Below are positions 26,879-34,571 of a DNA stretch of 64,000 nucleotides, in pieces. Within the stretch, counting starts at the first letter, position 1. The number at the start of each line of letters is the position of its first letter. The stretch comes from an uncultured Terracidiphilus sp. (GTDB taxonomy: Bacteria; Acidobacteriota; Terriglobia; Terriglobales; Acidobacteriaceae), in contig CAYUJM010000003.1 in assembly GCA_964445025.1 (NCBI GenBank), forward strand, positions 5,475-69,474, written 5' to 3'. The position numbers were made by a program, and so were the translations under genes. The notes beneath the pieces were generated by a model that was not told the DNA's origin, did not search any database, and was given only the letters and a program-made list of their open reading frames with translations.

Positions 26879-28495
26879 TTATTGGGTGGCGTTGCGTGCT
26901 TCTGCCTTCTCTGTCAGGACCTTGTGTGCATTGTCTTCCAAGGCCTGCGCTTCAGGCAGAAACGTCAGAGCCTTCTGGACCATAGGGTCCCAGTCTGCGC
27001 GTGTACGCAAGCCCTGCGATTCACCGAACTGGATGGTGAAGATGCTGCTCTTGATGCTTTCCTTCACCCAGTCGCTCACCCCGTCCAGGTCGGCCTGCGT
27101 CCAGGGAATGCTCTTGCTCGTCAGATACTGCTTGAACTCGGCCATCACCGCGTCGTCCACCTGGAAGTTCTTGTCCACGGTGCGATTGGCCAGGTAAGTC
27201 GGCCCGAAGAGGAAGAAAACATCCTTCGATAGGAGAACTTCCTGGAAGTGGTTGGCCTTGGGTGCGTCGATTTTCTCATCCGGCGTAATGCCGCCGCCGC
27301 CGTAAACCGTCCGCCCGGAGTCGGTCAGCTTGACCTCCTGGTTGGTTTTGTTGGCAGGCAGCGCTCCGGCGTGATTGTAGTAGTAGTCGTAGAGCGAAAC
27401 GCCTTCATAGTTGCGCTGGATCAGCCGTCCCGACGGCGTGTAGTAGTGGTAGGTAGTCAGCGCCAGCCCTGTGTTCTCGCTCAAGTTGTAGACGGTCTGC
27501 ACCAGGCCCTTGCCGAAGGTGGTCTGCCCCACAATCAGCGCGCGGTCGTGGTCCTGCAGTGCGCCGCTGACGATCTCCGCCGCCGAAGCCGTCCCGCGGC
27601 TCACCAGCACAACAATCGGGAAGGTCTTGCCGTCGTTGCCGTGCAGAGCGGTGTAGTTCTGGTCGGGATAAGCGCGCCCGCGCTGCGAAACGATGGTTTG
27701 TCCCTTGGTCAGCAGGTGGTCGCAGACTTCGACTGCCTGGCTCAGCAGGCCGCCGGGGTTGTCGCGCAGGTCGAACACCAAACCCTTCAGGTCGCCAAAG
27801 CCGTCAATGGCTTCAATCACTTCCTGCGCCGTGGTCTCCTGGAACTGCTTCAGGTGGATGTAGCCCACGCCGGGACGAATCTCATATTTAAGGTCAACGG
27901 AGGGGTTGGGAATCTCATCCCGCACCAGGTCGAAGACCATTTGCTTGGACTGCCCTTCGCGCGTCATGCCTACCTGCACGGGGGTTCCTTTGGGGCCTTT
28001 GAGCGTCTTGGCCACCACGTCCGATGTCATGCCGTCCGTGCTCTTGCCGTCAATCGCTGAGATCACGTCGCCAGGATGGATGCCGGCCTTGAACGCCGGC
28101 CCGCCCTCCATGGGAAACACGACATAGACCTTGCCGCCGCCGAAGGCCTGCTGGATGGTCATGCCCACGCCGTAGTAGCGCCCGTGCTGCTCCTCGCGCA
28201 TCTTGGCGTAAGCCTTGGGATCGTAGAAGTTGGAGTGCGGGTCCAGCACCCGCAGCATTCCCGGTATCGCCCCGTCGTAGATGGCAGTGTCCGCTTTGTC
28301 GCCCTGAATGGGCTCAGCGTAGTTCTGCTCCACCAGCGCGTACACGTTGGTAAACGACTTGAGGCTGTCGCGAAGCTGGCTTTCGTCCTCAGACGATTGC
28401 GCGCCCACACGGCGTTGCAGCACGCTGCCCACCAGGGCGCAGACGGCAAAAAAGAGTACTACGGTGAAGAGTGCGCGGCGGGCGCGGGGAGTCAT
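26879..28495 (-). CDS. S41-family C-terminal processing peptidase
   Basis: PDZ region (GIHPGDVISAIDG), S41 catalytic blocks (DLRDNPGGLL, SRGTASAAEIVSGALQD, GQTTFGKGLVQT) and an N-terminal TM anchor. Confidence 0.9.
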   Translation of the reverse strand: MTPRARRALFTVVLFFAVCALVGSVLQRRVGAQSSEDESQLRDSLKSFTNVYALVEQNYAEPIQGDKADTAIYDGAIPGMLRVLDPHSNFYDPKAYAKMREEQHGRYYGVGMTIQQAFGGGKVYVVFPMEGGPAFKAGIHPGDVISAIDGKSTDGMTSDVVAKTLKGPKGTPVQVGMTREGQSKQMVFDLVRDEIPNPSVDLKYEIRPGVGYIHLKQFQETTAQEVIEAIDGFGDLKGLVFDLRDNPGGLLSQAVEVCDHLLTKGQTIVSQRGRAYPDQNYTALHGNDGKTFPIVVLVSRGTASAAEIVSGALQDHDRALIVGQTTFGKGLVQTVYNLSENTGLALTTYHYYTPSGRLIQRNYEGVSLYDYYYNHAGALPANKTNQEVKLTDSGRTVYGGGGITPDEKIDAPKANHFQEVLLSKDVFFLFGPTYLANRTVDKNFQVDDAVMAEFKQYLTSKSIPWTQADLDGVSDWVKESIKSSIFTIQFGESQGLRTRADWDPMVQKALTFLPEAQALEDNAHKVLTEKAEARNATQ

Positions 28496-28908
28496 AGGCT
28501 GGAAGGTCCTCCGGACTGCGAATGCTGGAGGCGCATTTTGTGCGGATTTCCAATCGCCTGAGAATCGATCCGCCGACCCCGGCTGGATTCCCTGCCGGCA
28601 AAAAATTTGCCTTGCCCGGCGAGTCGTGCCCGCTTACGGCAAGGCTACGGGAGATTGGAAAACCGCTCCAAAGGTTCTCCCCAGAGCAGTCTTGGGCTAA
28701 AGTATACCACCCATCTATTTGACGCCGTCTGGCCCTTTCGGGTAGCCGCCTGGTCAGGCCGCTTCTTCCATCGCGGGCATCTCTCCCCCTTTTCCAGCCC
28801 CATTTGCCCGGAATCCAGGTCAATCGTCGCGCTCCTGCTGCCCAGCCATTTACAATGGCGTCTATGCCTCAGGGGAAAACCAGTTTGGCCCCCGCCGTGT
28901 CCTTACCT

Positions 28909-30594
28909 ATGACCTTACGATCCTTTCGCATTCCCGCGGCTTTCGTGTTCGGCACGGCGCTGCTCGCAACTTCCGCCCAGCCGCAAACGCATCCCGCCGC
29001 GCCCCAAAGCCCCTATGGTGGTGTTGTGGTCGAGGATGTGGTCGCCCGCGTGAACGACCAGATCATCACGCAGTCTGACTTCGATCGCGCCATGAAGGAG
29101 CTGGACGATGAGGCCAAGCAGCATGGCGCTACCATGCAGCAAGTATCCGAGGGGCACAAGGACCTGCTGAGGGACCTGATCGACAGACAGCTCTGGCTTT
29201 CGAAGGCCAAGGAACTGGATATCACCGGCGAAACCGAGCTGGTAAAGCGTCTGGATGAGATCCGCAAGCAGTACAACCTGGAAACCATGGAGGACCTGGA
29301 AAAGGCGGCCAGGGAACAGGGCGTCTCTTTCGAAGACTTCAAGGCCAACATCCGCAACCAGATCATCACCCAGCAGGTGATGCAAGAGGAAGTCTCGCGC
29401 AAGGTTCAGTTCACGCAGGGTGAAGTCGAACGCTACTTTGATGCGCACAAGCAGGAGTACTCCAAGCCTGAGAACGTCCAGTTGAGCGAGATTCTTGTCT
29501 CCAGCGGGCCCGATCCCGATGACCAGGCGAAGGTTGCAGCCGCCAAGGCCAAGGCCGACGACCTCGAGGCGAGACTTCACGCCGGCGGCAATTTCAGCCA
29601 GTTGGCCAAATCGTTCAGTGACGGAACCACTGCCGCCGAGGGAGGCAACTTCGGTACCTTCCGCCGTGGCGAGCTTGCCAAGGTCTTTGAAGACGCAACC
29701 TTCAGCCTCAAGACCGGTCAGTACACCGATCCCATCCGTACCAGGCAGGGGTACATCATATTTAAGGTGGACCAGCACTTCCCTGGCGGCGTCCCGGCCT
29801 ACAAAGACGTGGAGCGGGATGTGGAAGAGAACTTCTACATGAGCCGCATGGAGCCGGCCATTCGCTCCTATCTCACCCAGATGCGCGAGGAAGCCTATAT
29901 CGACATCAAGCCCGGCTATGTCGACTCTGGCGCCAGCCCCAAGGAAGTCAAGCCGGTATATAGCGCCTATACGCCGCCTTCGCCCAAGAAGAAGAAAAAG
30001 GTTGAACGCACGCGCTTCCGCGAGACCACCCGTACCTTCCGGCAGAAGTCGCCGCAAGCCGCCGCCGCTCCCGCTGAATCCCCGGCTCCAACCCTGAAGA
30101 AAGCCAGCGCCCAGGTGGAGAGGCCCGGCAAGAAGGAGAAGATCCGTTTCGGTCAGGCGCCCACCAAGACGCTTCCCACCGCTCCATCCTCGGCCACTGA
30201 AGATGCCGGCGCTGTAGCTCCGGCTGCCAATCCCACGCCGGAACCTGCCAATCCTCTGGAGGCCAGCAATAAGCCGGCCCAGAAGACTCGCTTCAGCTCC
30301 CGGGCCAAAGTGGAGAAAACTGCCAAGACAAAAGGTCCGCAGTTTGGCGGCGATGCGCCGCCGCCGCCGGACGCGGCCGAAGTAGCTGACCGCCAGGCGC
30401 AATCCGCTCCCCTGGGCCTGAGCGGCGATACGTCCAAAAAGAAAAAGAAGACCAAGACCACAACCACGGAGAAGACTCGTCTTCAGGACAAGAGCAAGAA
30501 TCCTGAAGCCGCGGCGCCCGATGCCAACTCCACTCCTTCGGTTCCCACGGCTCCGACTCCAGCTGCTGCGCCGGCTCCGGCGCCTCAACAATAG
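28909..30594 (+). CDS. SurA-like periplasmic chaperone / parvulin-type peptidyl-prolyl isomerase with a long low-complexity tail
   Basis: Start chosen at the ATG 28909 (MTLRSFRIPAAFVFGTALLATSAQ); 28804 and 28855 are also possible. SurA-N-like region (RVNDQIITQSDFD). Parvulin block GGNFGTFRRGELAKVFEDATFSLKTGQYTDPIRTRQGYIIFKV. The last ~200 aa are Lys/Pro/Ala/Thr-rich. Confidence 0.8.
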   Translation: MTLRSFRIPAAFVFGTALLATSAQPQTHPAAPQSPYGGVVVEDVVARVNDQIITQSDFDRAMKELDDEAKQHGATMQQVSEGHKDLLRDLIDRQLWLSKAKELDITGETELVKRLDEIRKQYNLETMEDLEKAAREQGVSFEDFKANIRNQIITQQVMQEEVSRKVQFTQGEVERYFDAHKQEYSKPENVQLSEILVSSGPDPDDQAKVAAAKAKADDLEARLHAGGNFSQLAKSFSDGTTAAEGGNFGTFRRGELAKVFEDATFSLKTGQYTDPIRTRQGYIIFKVDQHFPGGVPAYKDVERDVEENFYMSRMEPAIRSYLTQMREEAYIDIKPGYVDSGASPKEVKPVYSAYTPPSPKKKKKVERTRFRETTRTFRQKSPQAAAAPAESPAPTLKKASAQVERPGKKEKIRFGQAPTKTLPTAPSSATEDAGAVAPAANPTPEPANPLEASNKPAQKTRFSSRAKVEKTAKTKGPQFGGDAPPPPDAAEVADRQAQSAPLGLSGDTSKKKKKTKTTTTEKTRLQDKSKNPEAAAPDANSTPSVPTAPTPAAAPAPAPQQ

Positions 30595-30772
30595 ACCGGA
30601 CCCTCTAACAGGCGCGGCCCTGGGCAATCCGGGCGCCCCGCCTGTTCATGCTCATTCTTCGGAATTCGCTTTGCCGCCGGATCCAAAGCGGCCGCTGCGG
30701 GCCCGGGCATTCCAAACTCAACTCCGTTCCTTCATGCGCGCAGAATCCCGGCACATTCTCTCCATCTTGCCC

Positions 30773-30801
30773 TTGACACGGGATATCTGCAGTCTTACCA
30801 T
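30773..30801 (+). promoter_or_regulatory. sigma70-type promoter of the first GH38 gene
   Basis: TTGACA (30773-30778), 17-nt spacer, TACCAT (30796-30801). Confidence 0.45.
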
Positions 30802-30808
30802 GAGCCGG

Positions 30809-30822
30809 TGGAATCGATACCA
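30809..30822. promoter_or_regulatory. LacI-type operator candidate (site 1)
   Basis: TGGAATCGATACCA, a 14-bp CG-centred palindrome 7 nt downstream of the -10. Its reverse complement is identical to site 3 (45487-45500). Confidence 0.6.
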
Positions 30823-30895
30823 AGAGGTCCCGCCTCCACATGCTCGCCATTCCCAACTGCCAGTCATCCATCTCCCTAGGCCTATTGGAGGCTTC

Positions 30896-33800
30896 ATGTC
30901 CGGCTTTTCGAAAATTCTCCTGATCGCTGCGCTCATGGCGCCGGTGTCCCGCGTCCCGGCGCAGACCATGACTGCTCCCGACATTACCAAGCAACCCACG
31001 CTTTACGTGGTACCCTATGCCCACCTCGACACACAGTGGCGCTGGGAGTTTCCCCAGGTGATCAGCGAGTATCTCCTCAAGACCATGCGGGTGAACTTCT
31101 ACTACATGGATAAATACCCGCACTATGTCTTCAACTGGACGGGCTCAAATCGCTATCGGCTGATGAAGGAGTACTATCCGGCCGACTATGCGCGCCTCAA
31201 GGAGTACGTGGCCAAAGGCAACTGGTATCCCGCCGGATCCTCGGTGGAAGAGGGCGACGTGAATCTGCCCAGCGCGGAGTCGATCATTCGCCAGGTCCTC
31301 TATGGCAACACCTATTACCGCAAGGAGTTCGGCAAGGCGAGCGCGGAATACATGCTGCCGGACTGCTTTGGCTTTCCTGCATCGCTGCCGACCATTCTTG
31401 CGCATGCCGGCGTGAAAGGCTTTTCCACGCAGAAGCTGAACTCCGTATGGCAGCCTGCGCCGCTGATCGGCGGACCCGACTCCCCGGAGAAGACGCCCGA
31501 AGGCATTCCGTTCAATGTGGGGGTATGGGAGGGACCGGACGGAGAGACGATTCTCGCGGCGCTGAATCCGGGCGGCTATGGGAGCCGCATTCATTCCGAC
31601 CTGAGCAAGACGCCTCTGCCCGTGCCAGCTCCCGCGATGGGGACGAGTCCTCGCAGAATGGCCCCGCGGGAGACGGACTGGCCGAGCCGCATCGATATCG
31701 ATGGCAATGCAACCGGGGTCTACGCCGACTATCACTACGTCGGTACCGGTGACATTGGCGGCGCCGTGGATGAGGAATCGGTAAGGCTGTTGGAAGCCAC
31801 GGTGACTCAAGGGCAGGCTGTGATTCCCGCGCCCGGGTTCAACGGGGGCAATCTTGCAGGTCCCGCGCCTCAGGGAACGCCCGTCCGCATGGGCGACGGG
31901 CCCGTGACCGTGATCTCTTCGGCCGCCGATCAGATGTTCCTCGACATCAAGCCCGAAATGTATGCGCGTATGCCGCGCTACAAGGGCGATCTGGAATTGA
32001 TCAATCACTCGGCAGGCTCGCTCACCTCGCAGGCGTACCACAAGCGCTGGAACCGCAAGAATGAAATCCTTGCCGATGCCGCCGAAAAGGCTTCCGTCGC
32101 AGCCATGTGGATGGGTGGCCGCTCGTACCCGCAGCAGCGCCTCAACGATGCCTGGACGCTGGTCATGGGCGGGCAGTTCCACGATACGGGCGCGGGCACG
32201 GCGACACCCCGTTCCTATGAATTTGCGCAGAACGACGATGTCATTGCGCTCAATCAATTCGCCGACGTTCTGACCGATGCAACGCAGTCGGTGGCATCCT
32301 CGCTGGACACGCAGACGAGTGGTATCCCGATTGTGGTGTACAACTCGTTGAACATCGCGCGCGAAGATGTGGTGGAAGCCGCCGTACACTTTCCCGGCGA
32401 AGCTCCCAAGGCGGTTAGCGTGTTCGGACCCGGTGGGCGCGAAGTTCCTTCGCAGTGGGAGAATGGGAAAGTTCTGTTTCTCGCCAAGGTGCCGTCGGTC
32501 GGATACGCCGTTTACGACATTCGCCGCGCAGAAGCGCCCGCCCCGTCGACGGGTCTGAGGGCGAGTGCGACGACGCTGGAGAATCTGCGTTATCGCGTCA
32601 CCATCAGCCCGGATGGCAATGTCGCCAAAATCTTCGACAAGTCGCTGAAAAAGGAACTGCTCGCAGCGCCGATTCGGCTGGCCATCTCAAACGATGCGCC
32701 CAAGCAGTGGCCGGCGTGGAACATGGACTTTGACCAGGAGCAGGCCGCGCCGCGCGCTTATGTGAGCGGCCCGGCGAAGATTCGCGTGGTGGAGAACGGT
32801 CCGGTCCGGGTTGCCGTTCAGGTCTCCCGCGAGACCGAAGGGTCGAAATTTGTGCAGACGGTCCGGCTCTCGGCAGGCGATGCCGGCAATCGCGTCGAGT
32901 TTGGCGAGTCCGTCGACTGGCGCTCGCTTTCGGCAAATCTCAAGGCGGTGTTTTCTCTGTCCGCCGCCAACAAACTTGCCACCTATAACTGGGAGATTGG
33001 AACCATCCAGCGGCCCGACGCCAACGAACGCCAGTTCGAAGTGGCCTCGCACCACTGGATCGATCAGACCGATGAGTCCGGCTCCTATGGCGCAACCATC
33101 CTGACCGATGTGAAGAATGGCTCCGACAAGCGCGACGACAATACCATCCGCCTCACGCTTCTGCGCACGCCGGGAGACGCTTCGCAGATGAAGGGCGGGT
33201 ACACCGATCAACTCAACCAGGATTGGGGCCATCACGAGATTCTGTTCGGGCTCGCCGGCCACGCGGGCGACTGGCGCGAGGGTAAGACGGACTGGCAGGC
33301 CTACCGCTTGAGCACGCCGCTTATCGCCTTTGAGACGGAAAAGCACGCCGGCTCGCTGGGGCGCAGCTTCAGCCTTCTGAATATTGACAACCCGCATGTC
33401 CGCGTTCTGGCGCTCAAGAAAGCCGAAACAAGCGATGAGGTGGTTGTGCGCCTCGTGGAGATGAACGGAAATCCGGCGCCCCAGGTGCATGTGAAGTTTG
33501 CCGGGCCCATTGTCGATGCGCGCGAAGTGAACGGGCAGGAACTCCCCGTCGGCCCGGCATCGATTGTGGATGGTGCGCTCGAAACGTCGTTCAATGGTTA
33601 TCAGCCGCGCACCTTTGCCCTGCACCTCGGTGCGGCTCCTGTGCAATTGACCGATGTTGCATCGCAGCCGGTTGAACTCAAGTACGATCTTGCCGCAGCC
33701 AGCGAGGACGATACCAAGTCGACGGGCGGATTCGACCAGCAGGGTGACGCCCTGCCCGCCGAGATGCTTCCCACCGAACTCAAGGTCAATGGAGTCGGGT

Positions 33801-34471
33801 TCCATCTTGCGCCCGGCGGCGCCAACAAGCCCGACGCGGTTGTGGCGAAGGGTCAGGTCATCGATCTGCCCGAGGGCGACTTCAACAAGGTATATGTGCT
33901 TGCCGCATCCGGTCAGGGCGACCAGCAGGCTGTCTTCCGCGTCGGCGAGCATCCTGTGAAGCTCACCATTGAAGACTGGGGCGGCTTCATTGGGCAGTGG
34001 GACACGCGTCTCTGGAAGCCGAGGCCGGACTCTGTGACCGAGGGCGGAGGCTCCTACAGTCGCGAGGCCGCGCACCAGGTTCCGCTGCGCAAGGATTGGG
34101 CTGTCTCGGCCAACCACGCTACATGGGACTTGACCAACACCGGCTCGCCGGACTGGGCGCCGAACTACCCGGCAGACTATCTCGGCTTGCGCCCGGGTTA
34201 CGTCAAGCCGGCCACCCTGGCGTGGTACGCATCGCATCATCACACGCCGGATGGCCTCAATGAGCCGTATCAGTATAGCTATCTCTTCGTCTATGCAATG
34301 GACCTGCCCTCTCACGCGAAGACGCTGACGCTGCCTTCAAACGACAAGGTTCGGATTCTGGCCGTCTCCGTGGCCAAAGATGAGCCAGGCGTGAGCGCTG
34401 CACAACCGCTGTACGATACTCTGGGCAGGACCGAACCCGGCGCCAGTGAGGAAGCGGCTGCCGCGCACTGA
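30896..34471 (+). CDS. glycoside hydrolase family 38 (alpha-mannosidase-like), secreted, with a C-terminal extension
   Basis: GGAGG lies upstream of the ATG at 30896, and there is a signal peptide MSGFSKILLIAALMAPVSRVPAQ. GH38 N-domain blocks YVVPYAHLDTQWRW, WYPAGSSVEEGDVNLPSAESIIRQ, YMLPDCFGF. 1191 aa. Confidence 0.85.
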   Translation: MSGFSKILLIAALMAPVSRVPAQTMTAPDITKQPTLYVVPYAHLDTQWRWEFPQVISEYLLKTMRVNFYYMDKYPHYVFNWTGSNRYRLMKEYYPADYARLKEYVAKGNWYPAGSSVEEGDVNLPSAESIIRQVLYGNTYYRKEFGKASAEYMLPDCFGFPASLPTILAHAGVKGFSTQKLNSVWQPAPLIGGPDSPEKTPEGIPFNVGVWEGPDGETILAALNPGGYGSRIHSDLSKTPLPVPAPAMGTSPRRMAPRETDWPSRIDIDGNATGVYADYHYVGTGDIGGAVDEESVRLLEATVTQGQAVIPAPGFNGGNLAGPAPQGTPVRMGDGPVTVISSAADQMFLDIKPEMYARMPRYKGDLELINHSAGSLTSQAYHKRWNRKNEILADAAEKASVAAMWMGGRSYPQQRLNDAWTLVMGGQFHDTGAGTATPRSYEFAQNDDVIALNQFADVLTDATQSVASSLDTQTSGIPIVVYNSLNIAREDVVEAAVHFPGEAPKAVSVFGPGGREVPSQWENGKVLFLAKVPSVGYAVYDIRRAEAPAPSTGLRASATTLENLRYRVTISPDGNVAKIFDKSLKKELLAAPIRLAISNDAPKQWPAWNMDFDQEQAAPRAYVSGPAKIRVVENGPVRVAVQVSRETEGSKFVQTVRLSAGDAGNRVEFGESVDWRSLSANLKAVFSLSAANKLATYNWEIGTIQRPDANERQFEVASHHWIDQTDESGSYGATILTDVKNGSDKRDDNTIRLTLLRTPGDASQMKGGYTDQLNQDWGHHEILFGLAGHAGDWREGKTDWQAYRLSTPLIAFETEKHAGSLGRSFSLLNIDNPHVRVLALKKAETSDEVVVRLVEMNGNPAPQVHVKFAGPIVDAREVNGQELPVGPASIVDGALETSFNGYQPRTFALHLGAAPVQLTDVASQPVELKYDLAAASEDDTKSTGGFDQQGDALPAEMLPTELKVNGVGFHLAPGGANKPDAVVAKGQVIDLPEGDFNKVYVLAASGQGDQQAVFRVGEHPVKLTIEDWGGFIGQWDTRLWKPRPDSVTEGGGSYSREAAHQVPLRKDWAVSANHATWDLTNTGSPDWAPNYPADYLGLRPGYVKPATLAWYASHHHTPDGLNEPYQYSYLFVYAMDLPSHAKTLTLPSNDKVRILAVSVAKDEPGVSAAQPLYDTLGRTEPGASEEAAAAH

Positions 34472-34500
34472 GTGCCGAGAAGTAGAAGAACGTTTACCAC

Positions 34501-34547
34501 GGACGGTCTGGCGTCTCGCGGCTTGTAACGCGAGCGCCAGGCCGTCC
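34501..34547 (+). terminator. long GC-rich stem-loop between GH38 and the next gene (attenuator or terminator candidate)
   Basis: GGACGG-t-CTGGCG-t-CTCGCG, loop gcttgtaa, CGCGAG-CGCCAG-g-CCGTCC: 18 bp with single-nt bulges. No U-tract. It ends 25 nt before the GTG at 34572. Confidence 0.35.
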
Positions 34548-34571
34548 GCATTGAGATTGAGGTGAATCGCA

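Noticed and set aside
28915-30627. 570-aa minus-strand ORF
   Set aside because: Antisense to the SurA-like PPIase gene, whose parvulin domain is recognisable. The antisense product is Arg/Gly/Leu-rich with no motif.
31145-34315. Minus-strand ORFs of 414 aa (31145..32389) and 542 aa (32687..34315)
   Set aside because: Both are antisense to the GH38-1 gene, whose catalytic-domain blocks are recognisable. Neither shows motifs or start-site signals.
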